Shown here: positions 37,889-47,812 of the stretch, piece by piece
How the letters are laid out: every line of letters begins with the position of its first letter
Position numbering within the stretch: position 1 is the first letter of the stretch
Virus record (IMG/VR): IMGVR_UViG_3300030116_002442
Reading direction: 5' to 3' (one strand)
Source of the DNA: an uncultured virus (IMG/VR IMGVR_UViG_3300030116_002442)
Lineage: Duplodnaviria > Heunggongvirae > Uroviricota > Caudoviricetes
DNA length: 64,000 nucleotides
Translations under genes and position numbers: made by a program
The notes under the pieces: generated by a model
Told to the model about the DNA's origin: nothing
The model's database searches: none
What the model saw: the letters and a program-made list of their open reading frames with translations, nothing else

Positions 37889-38547
37889 TATACATTAAGT
37901 AATCCGTTAGAACTTTTTATAGGTACAAGAGTATTCCATATAGAAGCTGCTTTTTTCATTTCTATAGGACTAGGCATATTATCGTTACCTCTAGCTTGTG
38001 CGCATAATTTTGACCAATTTCTTTCCATATCTAAATATATTGCTCTATTTAGTTTTCCATTATAATAATCTCTAGCTTTATATTTCCACATTAAATAAGC
38101 AGATACAGCGTCTTCATGATTTGCTGCTATAGTAGGATAACCTTCATCATCAGTATCTATGGCATAATAAGCTATATCAATAGAACTTATGTCTCCCATT
38201 GATAAGTTTATTGTATCTTCAGTAAAATAAAATGTATGAGTTTTATCTACATCAGATGGAAATGTAGCAGATGTTTGCTCTAAGTAATTTGCAGAAGTAG
38301 GGTCTCCTGACCTTTTAACATCTATTAAGCTTAAAAAATCACTGGGCAAAGCAGCTTGTTTATTAGCCACTGTTAGTGTAGCTGTTTTTTTTACAAAAGT
38401 TTTGTAACTACCTATTTTTCTTTCTGCCTCAAAAGCCCACTCTACAAAAGAATGAAACATTCTAGCAGAATCAGTAACATCCATATTTCTTATTACGTTT
38501 GCTACAACCCTTTTTACACTAACACGTTTTCCAGCTTGTCCATTCAT
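37888..38547 (-). CDS. tail tubular/ring protein
   Basis: YYAIDTDDEGYPTI motif; upstream of the stabilization protein. Confidence 0.7.
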   Translation of the reverse strand: MNGQAGKRVSVKRVVANVIRNMDVTDSARMFHSFVEWAFEAERKIGSYKTFVKKTATLTVANKQAALPSDFLSLIDVKRSGDPTSANYLEQTSATFPSDVDKTHTFYFTEDTINLSMGDISSIDIAYYAIDTDDEGYPTIAANHEDAVSAYLMWKYKARDYYNGKLNRAIYLDMERNWSKLCAQARGNDNMPSPIEMKKAASIWNTLVPIKSSNGLLNV

Positions 38548-38548
38548 A

Positions 38549-38974
38549 TTAATATTCTTTTACTTCTTTAATAATATTTTTAAATCTAGATAGAGGAAGT
38601 ATTTTACATTTTTTAAATTTACTAGGCCTTAACCAAACCAATTTGTTATAGTAATCATAAAGTATAGGAACTTTATATTTAACTATCTCACCTCGTTTTT
38701 CGCTTTCAGCTATATCTAGTCTAACATGAAAAGGTCTTTTGTTTTTACATTTTTTAATATAAACAGTACCAAATCTATTAGGTAGTCTAGCTTTATTTCT
38801 ATTCCTAGCAACTTCTTCTATCAATATGTCAAAAAACTCACTTACAATGCCTCTAAACTCTTTGTAAGAAAGTTGTCTATATTTTGTTGTTCCCTTTACT
38901 TTTATTTCTTTTTTTATGTTTTCATATATATCTCTTAAGAAAACATACTTGTCTTTAAAGTTTCTTAAATTCAT
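38549..38974 (-). CDS. IHF/HU-like basic protein
   Basis: Helix then RLPNRFGTVYIKK beta-arm; position matches the crAss IHF-like gene. Confidence 0.55.
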   Translation of the reverse strand: MNLRNFKDKYVFLRDIYENIKKEIKVKGTTKYRQLSYKEFRGIVSEFFDILIEEVARNRNKARLPNRFGTVYIKKCKNKRPFHVRLDIAESEKRGEIVKYKVPILYDYYNKLVWLRPSKFKKCKILPLSRFKNIIKEVKEY

Positions 38975-39726
38975 TATCTAGTTCTTTTTGCTCTACTTTT
39001 TGCTTTTGCTTTTGGTTGCGCTGCAACTTTAGATGCTAATACAGAATGATAAGGTCCAGGTATTTTATCGTCTACACTATTATTACTTGGGTCATTACCT
39101 ACTGCAAGCATCATATTAAATTCTTTTTTAAGAATTATTTCTGTTAATGTGGGTATTAACTCATCAGGTAACGGGTAGTTAGAAGTTGCATCACTAAATC
39201 CACGCACACTTGATGGGTTAGACGCTATAAAAGTTACATAAACCGTCCAATCATTATCTATAAATAATTCACCATCATTATATATATGTATCATGTTTTC
39301 TGTCCCACTAACAGCTCCTGTTGGAACGGCTGCTGCATTATAACTTAATGTAGCATAATATTTATCTACCATACCAAATCTTGAAGCCTCATGATAACTT
39401 CTTTCAGATTCATTTACTAAAGGTATATTAATTTGTTGTTCAGATGGTATTAAAGCGCTATCTCTTAGCATAACTTCTATTATACCTCTATTATTTGGAA
39501 ATCCTACAAAAGAAGGCATTTCAAAAAAACCAACAGCTGGGCTAGAAATAGTTTGTTGTAAAGATTTAGATAAATATCTACCCATGTCAGTGTATTGTAA
39601 TAACAACTGAGCTCTATGATAATGCACCATAGCTTTTATTTGACGTATAGATATATTAGAATCTGTACCATGTATACCCCCTTCTACTATATTTTTAATA
39701 TTATATGCTATTTCGTTTAATGTCAT
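38974..39726 (-). CDS. ring/adaptor structural protein
   Basis: MTLNEIAYNI...RQIK...RAQLL; YPLPDELIP; synteny. Confidence 0.65.
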   Translation of the reverse strand: MTLNEIAYNIKNIVEGGIHGTDSNISIRQIKAMVHYHRAQLLLQYTDMGRYLSKSLQQTISSPAVGFFEMPSFVGFPNNRGIIEVMLRDSALIPSEQQINIPLVNESERSYHEASRFGMVDKYYATLSYNAAAVPTGAVSGTENMIHIYNDGELFIDNDWTVYVTFIASNPSSVRGFSDATSNYPLPDELIPTLTEIILKKEFNMMLAVGNDPSNNSVDDKIPGPYHSVLASKVAAQPKAKAKSRAKRTR

Positions 39727-39748
39727 TTTTTATAGTTTTACTACTAAA

Positions 39749-39783
39749 AGATAAAGGGCAGGGCGAACACTAACCCTTTATCA
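39749..39783 (-). terminator. stem-loop, probable terminator or processing site
   Basis: GATAAAGGG...CCCTTTATC inverted repeat, followed by TTTT on the - strand. Confidence 0.55.
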
Positions 39784-39801
39784 CAAAGCAGGGAGCAAAA
39801 A

Positions 39802-40728
39802 TTATTTATTATCTAACTGCTGTATCTCACTAGTTCCTACCGTATATCTTTCGTCAGCAGTTGTTCCTAATATTTTTCTAGCAGCTATTTGACAAATTTC
39901 TTCTTTAGCATGATATGGTAAATACATATGTTCTACACCACCATCATCTTCCCCCATCATACTTACTACATCAAATTCATCTATAACTACATCAAAAATT
40001 ATTTTATCTTGTTCAGAAACAGTTAACCCCTCTGTTGTTTCTGTAAACCAAAAATTATCTGGTAAAATATAATAAACATTAGATACCCTAACAGCTCTAT
40101 AATAATCATGCTCTGGTCTATTAAAAGGGTCATTACCTATAGCCTGAGCGTCATCTAAGCTTATTATTTTTACATTATAATGTTTTTGTATATCATTAGG
40201 GTAAGTTTCATTATCAGGAAATCCTAATGGACTATTTTCTAAAGTTTGATTGTCAATATACTCTCTAGTAATTAATTTAATTCCTAAAACGTAACCTACC
40301 TTTTTTGGTAACAAATCTAAATTACACCCCACTCTACTCCAATGGCCCCCAAAATCAAAACTATTTAAAGGTGTGGGCGTAGCTACACCAGTCGCAAGTT
40401 GCTGGTCAAAAGAATACTGAGCGTTTACAGGATAAGTGTTTACTGCAAATTCTTGTTGAGGAAAATCTGAAGGAAATGGTGGCGCCCCAAAAGATAATCC
40501 AGGTAAGCTTTCATTGTTACCAAAAACGTAGGTTCTAACATACTTACCTAAATCATCTCTTATACCTTGAGTAGCTCCGTATTTACCCACTCTTTCTCTA
40601 ATAAACTCATTTCCAGCCATGCTAAGAAAATCAGTTATTTCTATATCAGACATCCAAGGAGAATTTCCTCTATCTAATATAGTTCTAACCCTATTAATAG
40701 CATCGACTGAATTGAGTATATTTGGCAT
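39802..40728 (-). CDS. ring/head-tail connector protein
   Basis: LDRGNSPW...EITDFL...A; LPYHAKEEICQIAA; synteny. Confidence 0.65.
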   Translation of the reverse strand: MPNILNSVDAINRVRTILDRGNSPWMSDIEITDFLSMAGNEFIRERVGKYGATQGIRDDLGKYVRTYVFGNNESLPGLSFGAPPFPSDFPQQEFAVNTYPVNAQYSFDQQLATGVATPTPLNSFDFGGHWSRVGCNLDLLPKKVGYVLGIKLITREYIDNQTLENSPLGFPDNETYPNDIQKHYNVKIISLDDAQAIGNDPFNRPEHDYYRAVRVSNVYYILPDNFWFTETTEGLTVSEQDKIIFDVVIDEFDVVSMMGEDDGGVEHMYLPYHAKEEICQIAARKILGTTADERYTVGTSEIQQLDNK

Positions 40729-40731
40729 CTA

Positions 40732-41448
40732 TTATTTTGTTTTTTTAGTTGTTTTTTTATTAATAGCTTCCTCTTTTTGTTCAACTAAATCCATCTCTAC
40801 TTTACCCCCACCACTCATTTGTGATTTTAATAAAGCGAATATGTCTTTGTTGTCTTTTAACCATTTTATTACTTGGTCTTCAGAAACACCTACAACTTGT
40901 GTACCATACTTAAACACATCTTTTTCCCATTTAATAACACCAGCTTCTTGTGCTTCCATAACAAATAATCTATAATGCCTATCATCATCAAACCATAAAG
41001 CCATAAAGTTTTCTGGTTGTTCTGCAGCTATTTTTAAAACATGTGCTTTTAAGATATCATCTCTAGAGTCTAAGTTTAATCCTAGTAATCTAGATAAATC
41101 TCTTACTTCTTTCATATTTAATTTAGCAGCTTCCATTACAGCATTAGCAGAAGTCATTATTGCATTAGCTTCTTGCTCTTGTCTAACGATAGCATCATCT
41201 CTTAACCAAGAACCATTTTTAACTAAAGGATGATTAATTAAAAAATCATCTACTAGTTTGTGATGTTCTTGATTTATATCCAACCTAATTACAGGTCTTG
41301 TGTTTGGAAAACCTCTGTGAGCAACACCATTTACATCTGTATATGTATGTTGTTTACCAGTTTGGTCTTTATAGTTTCCAAAGAAAACATAACTCATTTT
41401 TGTAGGGCTTTTACTTCTGTAAAAAACCAAATGTTCATTTTTGCTCAT
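40732..41448 (-). CDS. conserved crAss-like protein downstream of the major capsid protein
   Basis: Synteny; AEQPENFM...GVIK...YGTQVVG...WLK pattern. Confidence 0.55.
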   Translation of the reverse strand: MSKNEHLVFYRSKSPTKMSYVFFGNYKDQTGKQHTYTDVNGVAHRGFPNTRPVIRLDINQEHHKLVDDFLINHPLVKNGSWLRDDAIVRQEQEANAIMTSANAVMEAAKLNMKEVRDLSRLLGLNLDSRDDILKAHVLKIAAEQPENFMALWFDDDRHYRLFVMEAQEAGVIKWEKDVFKYGTQVVGVSEDQVIKWLKDNKDIFALLKSQMSGGGKVEMDLVEQKEEAINKKTTKKTK

Positions 41449-41451
41449 AAC

Positions 41452-41604
41452 TTATTTTTTTAATTTTTGCCCATGTTTGTGTGTCCATTTCAAACCTGGC
41501 CCGCTTGTTTTTATTAATATATTACTCCCACCTTTAGGTGTGGACTCGGAGTGTTCCTCTACTTTCCCTGTCTTAGGGTTATATTTCAATATTATTTTTC
41601 CCAT
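41452..41604 (-). CDS. 50-aa hypothetical protein (not in ORF track)
   Basis: MGKIILKYNPKTGKVEE...GQKLKK*; fills the gap. Confidence 0.5.
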   Translation of the reverse strand: MGKIILKYNPKTGKVEEHSESTPKGGSNILIKTSGPGLKWTHKHGQKLKK

Positions 41605-41613
41605 ACTTTAATA

Positions 41614-41639
41614 CTCACCCCCTCCGAAGAGGGGATAAG
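41614..41639 (-). terminator. GC-rich hairpin with UUCG loop after the capsid cluster
   Basis: - strand CCCCTC-TTCG-GAGGGG. Confidence 0.65.
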
Positions 41640-41651
41640 CATATTAATTAA

Positions 41652-42128
41652 TTAGGCTTCGTGAGTCCAAGTTCCAGTACCTCCAACTACGTACCAATCT
41701 TCTCCGTCACAGCACAAAGAAATATAATTTCCTTTATGACCTGTAGCTTTAGTTAATTGAACGTATTTGCCATCAGCACCATCTAAAACAGAAACTAAAG
41801 TATCAGCAGTTGTAGCATCTGCATTTCCACCTTCATTTGCAGAAACATATCCTATAATTGACGCATTGTCATCAGGATTGATTCTGTAAGTAGAACCTGC
41901 ACTAGCATTTGACATAACAAAAGTAAAGTATAGCCCTTTAGCTTTTGTAGGTAAATTAACTACATAGTCATCACCGCCAGCAGCCATAAAGATAACACCT
42001 CCAGATTCAACATCCTCAATGCTCTCAGCGTCTGCTGTGATAGTTTTAGTTTTAACGAATTGCCCGTTTAGGCATTTTAAGACATCATCTGAATCAGCTG
42101 AACGTCTTACATTAAATACTTCATTCAT
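41652..42128 (-). CDS. putative capsid decoration/fibre protein
   Basis: ESGGVIFM...VNLP...GLYFTF...DGEDWYVVG pattern; downstream of MCP. Confidence 0.55.
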   Translation of the reverse strand: MNEVFNVRRSADSDDVLKCLNGQFVKTKTITADAESIEDVESGGVIFMAAGGDDYVVNLPTKAKGLYFTFVMSNASAGSTYRINPDDNASIIGYVSANEGGNADATTADTLVSVLDGADGKYVQLTKATGHKGNYISLCCDGEDWYVVGGTGTWTHEA

Positions 42129-42170
42129 TTTTATTTATTTTAAAAGTTAAACACTTATTTATATTATTTA

Positions 42171-42482
42171 TTAATTATCAAATTCTATTGTTGATATCTC
42201 AGTCAAGTGTTCGTGAATATAAGTTTTATCAATTTCGTTACCGATATTAACAAAAGAATTTCCACTAGCTCTTTGAGCATTAACAATAGCTTTCATAACT
42301 TCCAATGATTTTCCTGAGGTAATTCCACATATTACACTACCTGCAGCACCATCATCTCCTACGAATTGAATTTTCAAAGCTGTAGCGCCTGTTAGGTGCA
42401 TAGAGCGAATTCTATCGTAAGGAATACATATTATTGCATCATTAGCATCTGCTAAATGTCTTGCAAATAAAAAATTTTTCAT
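42171..42482 (-). CDS. small protein, paralog family A
   Basis: Similar to 42516-42821. Confidence 0.65.
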   Translation of the reverse strand: MKNFLFARHLADANDAIICIPYDRIRSMHLTGATALKIQFVGDDGAAGSVICGITSGKSLEVMKAIVNAQRASGNSFVNIGNEIDKTYIHEHLTEISTIEFDN

Positions 42483-42515
42483 ATTTTTTAATTTTAAATA
42501 TTATTACTCTATTAA

Positions 42516-42821
42516 TTACGCACTAACAACAGCTACATCTGAAATATTACTATTCACATGTTTTCCCGTGACTTTATCAGCAATGCTTATAAATAAAGCT
42601 CTACTTGAACGTCCCGCAGCTATTATAGATTTGATTATTTCTTCTGACTTTCCCTCTGTTATTGTTAATTCAATTTCAGCAGTTCCTGTAGCCCCCTCTA
42701 AAGGGTCTATTTGAATATTTAACAAAGTTGTGTCTGTCATATGAAAAGAACGAATGTTATCAACAGGAAATGCTATTGTTTCGTCTCCGTCTCTTCGTAC
42801 ATAAAAAAATTTTGTTGCCAT
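42516..42821 (-). CDS. small protein, paralog family A
   Basis: Similar to 42171-42482. Confidence 0.65.
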   Translation of the reverse strand: MATKFFYVRRDGDETIAFPVDNIRSFHMTDTTLLNIQIDPLEGATGTAEIELTITEGKSEEIIKSIIAAGRSSRALFISIADKVTGKHVNSNISDVAVVSA

Positions 42822-42844
42822 TTTATATTATTTTTAAAAGTTAA

Positions 42845-42881
42845 GATGGGCGGGGAGAGACTAAGCTCTCCCAAGACCATC
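42845..42881 (-). terminator. hairpin immediately after the MCP stop codon
   Basis: GATGG..GGGAGAG...CTCTCCC..CCATC inverted repeat. Confidence 0.6.
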
Positions 42882-42889
42882 AATTAAAT

Positions 42890-44332
42890 TTATGAATTAG
42901 ATAATATACCACAAGATAATGGGTTTCTTAAGATAATACCAGATTCAGAAAGAATTTGACATTCAAAGAAATCATCACCATTAGCAGCCATCATCGAATT
43001 GTAATCGTAAGGATTAACCATTCCAGGTACATATTTTTTAACAAAACTTCTGTTAAAACCTTCAGCACCTTTAGCAATTAACTCTACATTAGAAACACCA
43101 TTTTGCATTCCCATGTCTACAAATACCATTTTTCCTGATTCATTTGAAGTATCAAATGTAGAAGAAATAGAGTTATGTAAGTTAGGGTCATCAAATACTG
43201 GACAGTAAGCTAATATCATCTTGTTACCAAGAATATTGTATTCAGTGAAGTTTGCACCTAATGCAACATCACCTCCACCTTTACCAGCAAATACAGGAGT
43301 TCCAGAACCTAAAGTAACTAATAAGTCCTTCATAGCTCTATGGAAGTCAATTCTTCCTTGAGTTCCTGTAAACACAGTCCATACATTACCTTCAGCAGAT
43401 AAAGCATTTTTAGAAAGTGTTCCAATAAAGTTTACAATATCTTCTTCTGTTAATGCACCAGCAGTATAAGTAGCTTGGTTAGAAGAATCAATTTGTGCTA
43501 ATAGACCATCACCCATGATTGGTAATCCTGCAGTAAATGCACTAGGAGCGCCTATACCAGAGTCTCCAGGATAATCAGCTGCGTTAGCTGATGTTCCTAC
43601 AGATTTTTTACCATACCATCTTTGACATTCTAATTCGTACATAAATTGGTCAGTCATTTGTTGTTCTTTAGTAAAGTACCATAATCTATGACCATTAGAC
43701 TCAATCCAAGTAACATCAGTTAAATCAGTTCCCATAATTTTTGTTTTCTTACGAGATAGAGTTAACCAGTTCTTGTATGTATCTGGGTAAGCATAGTTTT
43801 GTCCTACCTCAGACGCTAATGAACCTTGATTAAAAGCATTACCAATAACACCAATAACATCACCAGCTGCTAATACGTCAGTTACAGAATCAATAGCTCT
43901 AAATGTAACAGTGTTAGACACGTCGCCAGTTCCAGCCCCTGGAGTTCCAGCGTCTGTTACCATTGCAGTTGCTCCCGAAGGAAATCTTACAACATCATTT
44001 ACATTTAAGTTATCTCCGTAAATTCCAGCAGCAGTACTGTGGTCTAAAATACAAGTAAATGTATCACCAGCATTTGTACCAGCCATTGTTTGAGTTTCGT
44101 TAGATAAAGATGGTTTTCTATATCTTCCCATCATTTTCCACTCAAAAGAGTAATCACCGATAATTTTTTCTGCAGCATTTCTACCTGCAGCTTCTAACAA
44201 ATATGTTAGAGAGAAACGTGGATATTGTTGAATAAGTTTTTTACCTATTTCTGGGTATTTTAGTAGGTTGGTCACTAACGCCGTTTCATCAGTAGTGTCT
44301 TTTCCATACGTACCCGTATAAACTTTTGCCAT
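42890..44332 (-). CDS. major capsid protein
   Basis: 480 aa after portal/scaffold; FEWKMMG, GDGLLAQI, VFTGTQG, FDDP motifs typical of crAss-like MCPs. Confidence 0.85.
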   Translation of the reverse strand: MAKVYTGTYGKDTTDETALVTNLLKYPEIGKKLIQQYPRFSLTYLLEAAGRNAAEKIIGDYSFEWKMMGRYRKPSLSNETQTMAGTNAGDTFTCILDHSTAAGIYGDNLNVNDVVRFPSGATAMVTDAGTPGAGTGDVSNTVTFRAIDSVTDVLAAGDVIGVIGNAFNQGSLASEVGQNYAYPDTYKNWLTLSRKKTKIMGTDLTDVTWIESNGHRLWYFTKEQQMTDQFMYELECQRWYGKKSVGTSANAADYPGDSGIGAPSAFTAGLPIMGDGLLAQIDSSNQATYTAGALTEEDIVNFIGTLSKNALSAEGNVWTVFTGTQGRIDFHRAMKDLLVTLGSGTPVFAGKGGGDVALGANFTEYNILGNKMILAYCPVFDDPNLHNSISSTFDTSNESGKMVFVDMGMQNGVSNVELIAKGAEGFNRSFVKKYVPGMVNPYDYNSMMAANGDDFFECQILSESGIILRNPLSCGILSNS

Positions 44333-44406
44333 TTTTTTAAAGTTTTAATTTGTTATACAATAATTTTATTTATTGCAACAAATAAAGTAGCATCGCTGTT
44401 TATTCA

Positions 44407-45414
44407 TTACTTCATGAACTCAGCAGGGTCAAAACCAGTTTTTGGTTTAAAATCTGCCTGCCGACTCCGTCTACCAAGGTCTGTGTTAGTAATCTTATTA
44501 ATTACAGAGGCTTTGCCTTTCTCCATCCCTTGACCATGTAGCATTTTAAAGATTTTGTCTTTGTATTTCCATAAAAAAGCAGCGTCGGCAACATTGGCCT
44601 CACTACTATATACGTCATCAGCAAAACCTCCTGATACTACATAGTTATATAATTCTCTTCTCTCTTTGTTTCCAATTTTTCCTCCAAAAAAGTCATCTTT
44701 ACTTTTTATATAATTTTGTAAAGTCTTTCTTGTGTTTAAATTTGCTTGTTCCCTTTCTTGTTTAGCTCTAGCTTGTTCGCTTTTAATTTTCTTTCTTTCT
44801 GTAGCAATATAACTTTGTAGATTTTTTCTAATCATCATAGCCTCTCTTTTTAAAAGACCAGAGTCTTGTAATCTTTCTACAGTATCATCTACTTCTTCTT
44901 TTGAAAGACCAGAGGCTTTTAAATCAGATGCAACTAAAGAAATGTCATTTTGTTTTAAAAACCCCTCTATATTCTCTATAGTATCATTACTAGGAGCGGG
45001 TGTTGACATTGCTTTTTTTACAGCACTTTTAAAGCTAGCTTCATCTTTAGCATCTAAATCTAATTCTTTTGCTAAAACTTGCCAATCAAAAGGAGTTTCA
45101 TTAGAAGACGTATCTTCTTTTTTATTAGGAACATAATCCCAATCTTCCTCTTCTTGTTTTGGCTCCTCTCCTTGTTCAGTTTCTACTTCTACGCTCCCCC
45201 AATCAAAATCTCCATCTTCATCTTCTTTTACTTCGTTTTGTTCTATTTCTGTATCATTTGAACTTATATTCTCGCTTTCTGAAAAAGCTTGTGGGTCAAA
45301 TGACGGAACCTCCTCTTCAGTAGAGGTTTCTTCCGATTTTACTTCTGTTTCTTGAACAACAGACTCCTCTGCTTGTTCTATTAGGCCTTCGCCTGATTTT
45401 TGTTCTTCATTCAT
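44407..45414 (-). CDS. scaffold-like protein
   Basis: Very acidic N-terminus, helical C-terminus, between portal and MCP. Confidence 0.65.
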   Translation of the reverse strand: MNEEQKSGEGLIEQAEESVVQETEVKSEETSTEEEVPSFDPQAFSESENISSNDTEIEQNEVKEDEDGDFDWGSVEVETEQGEEPKQEEEDWDYVPNKKEDTSSNETPFDWQVLAKELDLDAKDEASFKSAVKKAMSTPAPSNDTIENIEGFLKQNDISLVASDLKASGLSKEEVDDTVERLQDSGLLKREAMMIRKNLQSYIATERKKIKSEQARAKQEREQANLNTRKTLQNYIKSKDDFFGGKIGNKERRELYNYVVSGGFADDVYSSEANVADAAFLWKYKDKIFKMLHGQGMEKGKASVINKITNTDLGRRSRQADFKPKTGFDPAEFMK

Positions 45415-45442
45415 AATTTAAAATTTTGCTCTTTGCTTTGTA

Positions 45443-45450
45443 CAAAGATA
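45443..45450 (-). promoter_or_regulatory. Bacteroidota -7 element TATCTTTG upstream of scaffold/MCP
   Basis: Exact TAnnTTTG in the intergenic gap. Confidence 0.6.
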
Positions 45451-45454
45451 GTTA

Positions 45455-47809
45455 TTATTTTTTAGTTGTTTTCTGTTGATTTATTTTATTTCTTGTCGCA
45501 TCTCTTTCTTTCTTTTCTTTCTGTCTACGATTAGCATCAGACTCTTTACGCTTTTCTTCTCTATCTTTATTTGACTTATCTGTGTCGTGGTCTATTTTCA
45601 TTTTTTCTAGCTTTTCTTTATACTCAGATTGAACAGCCTCTCTTTGTATAGATGTTTTTAATTTATCACTAGAAATATTAGCCTCTAAGTCTGCTTGTAT
45701 TTGAGCAACTTCTATCTTACCTTTATTGCTTTCTTTAGCAACTTCTAGTCTAGATTGAGCATCCATTTGCTTCATACTAACCTCGTGTTGTCTAGCAACC
45801 TCAGCTTGTTCAGCCTGCATTTGCATAGCTTGTTGTTGCATTTGTTGAGTTTGTTGTGCTTGTTGTTGCATTTCTTTTAATCCATTTTCTAAAACATGTT
45901 CTGCTTCAGAAAGGCTATCAGATTTAAGTATTTTAATTACATCTAACAACCCAATATTTCCTCCTTGTAGCGCAGCTTGAGATAATTGTGTTATCGCTTG
46001 TTTTACAGCATCATCTTTAGCTCCTTCATTAACATATATACCATAATCATTTAATGCAATATCAGGGTTTATTTCTAATAATTTGTAACCACCATCTCCT
46101 AATATATATCCTGCTCTTTTTCCACCCACCCAAGATAGTTTCATTAAATTACAAACCTTTTCCATAACCCTTTTCTTTACTTCACTATGTTGAAAAAACC
46201 AACTTTCTGTAACTAAATTAGATTGCATTACAGTTCTTTGTACATTACCTACGGCTTCATATTGAGAAACAGCACCTTCTCTTTGTGGAGTAATACCACA
46301 AACTTGACCAGCTGTTTGTTCTAACATTAATTTAAGATTTATAAGTTGCTGTACAGAGTTTGATAAAGTAAAGTCTACTTGTCCAAATTGATTAAATCTA
46401 GCAGTATCAGCTCCTTCATCTCTAGAGTTTATAGGTATAATACCATCATTTTTTATATGATATAAAACTGTTTGCATATCCATACCTATATTAGAAGGCA
46501 TTTGTGATACATCATAAACTACTGCTTTACCACCCGCTCTTGATAATGTAAGTTCTATGTGATACATAACTACATTATATAAAGTTTGTATATGTTTTAA
46601 AACATCTACTAAACTATTTACTCTACCTGTAGACATATTATGCACGCATCCTACATAAGATAAAGAAGTTGGTCCTATATCGTCTACAGACCTTACTTGA
46701 TTTGGTCTTCTTCTACATCTAGTTACTATTCTACCACCTATCTTTGTTCCTTCCCAAATATCATCTACATATTTAGTTATAATCTCTTCATCTTTTCTTG
46801 CCTTATAATCATCTTTTACCATTTTTCTAAAAGGCGCATCTGGATTGTGTTTATTAGGAGAAACTTTGTATTTTACAGCTCTTATGGATTTCCATTCACC
46901 ATGTATAAGTCTTATTCTTACACCAGTAGAAGTATCATATTGCACCCACTCTATGTTTGTGTTGTAACTACCTAATTCAGTTCCAGAAGATATATGCCTC
47001 ATGTTTTCAAGCTCCATTACTTCTTTTTTACTTAACTCATCTCCATATTCGTCTAGTATTTCATTAACACTTAACCATCTTTGTTCTACAACCCATTGTG
47101 AGTTATCTAAATAGTCAGAGTCTATTGCTGTGTCAAAAGCAATGTTTCTAGGGTCTACTCTTCTAACATATGGGTCTCCATTTAATATTTCTGTTTTATA
47201 AAATACTTTACCTGTAACTAATAAATCTCTAAATCCACTTTTAAATAAATCTTTCCATCTATGTCTTTCCATTAAATAAGCTAAACCATCTTCTACAGAT
47301 TCTTCTACAGCCTCTTTATACGTATATCTCATGAAAGTCTCTATGTCATCAGGAATTTCTAAATCTGAATTATCTTGATTTATTTCCATTCCCATTACAT
47401 CATTTATCTCTTTCTTAATATCTACTAGCATTTTTTCCATTACCATAGATACTTTAGCGTCTTGTTTTCTATTAACTGCAGATTTATTAATAGAACTAAC
47501 TTTAGTCTCTAAAGGTCTTCTTAATTCTTCACTTGTCAACAAATCTATTTTAGGAGCAATTATATTGTAGTTTGTCATTCTAGCAGGAAAGGGCGTGCCA
47601 TATTGGTCAGTTACATATTCATAATCTTTTGGGTCAAAATGACCATGATAAGCTTGATAGTTTCTAATATCTTTATATCTATCGTTTATATATAAACTGT
47701 TATGGTGTTGAGCTATATATGGAGCCATAGCGTCCAAGTTTTGTTCACACCAATCTTTATTTTTCTTTTTGTCACTAAGCAATTGCCTAGGAAAATTTAC
47801 ATGCGGCAT
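45455..47809 (-). CDS. portal protein
   Basis: 784 aa after TerL; NYNIIAPKIDLL, FRDLLVTG, GITPQREG; Q-rich coiled-coil C-terminus. Confidence 0.9.
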   Translation of the reverse strand: MPHVNFPRQLLSDKKKNKDWCEQNLDAMAPYIAQHHNSLYINDRYKDIRNYQAYHGHFDPKDYEYVTDQYGTPFPARMTNYNIIAPKIDLLTSEELRRPLETKVSSINKSAVNRKQDAKVSMVMEKMLVDIKKEINDVMGMEINQDNSDLEIPDDIETFMRYTYKEAVEESVEDGLAYLMERHRWKDLFKSGFRDLLVTGKVFYKTEILNGDPYVRRVDPRNIAFDTAIDSDYLDNSQWVVEQRWLSVNEILDEYGDELSKKEVMELENMRHISSGTELGSYNTNIEWVQYDTSTGVRIRLIHGEWKSIRAVKYKVSPNKHNPDAPFRKMVKDDYKARKDEEIITKYVDDIWEGTKIGGRIVTRCRRRPNQVRSVDDIGPTSLSYVGCVHNMSTGRVNSLVDVLKHIQTLYNVVMYHIELTLSRAGGKAVVYDVSQMPSNIGMDMQTVLYHIKNDGIIPINSRDEGADTARFNQFGQVDFTLSNSVQQLINLKLMLEQTAGQVCGITPQREGAVSQYEAVGNVQRTVMQSNLVTESWFFQHSEVKKRVMEKVCNLMKLSWVGGKRAGYILGDGGYKLLEINPDIALNDYGIYVNEGAKDDAVKQAITQLSQAALQGGNIGLLDVIKILKSDSLSEAEHVLENGLKEMQQQAQQTQQMQQQAMQMQAEQAEVARQHEVSMKQMDAQSRLEVAKESNKGKIEVAQIQADLEANISSDKLKTSIQREAVQSEYKEKLEKMKIDHDTDKSNKDREEKRKESDANRRQKEKKERDATRNKINQQKTTKK

Positions 47810-47812
47810 ATC

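Noticed and set aside
11006..46975. Numerous + strand ORFs of 60-120 aa inside the late block
   Set aside because: Antisense shadows of long - strand genes with low-complexity Ser/Ile/Phe-rich translations.
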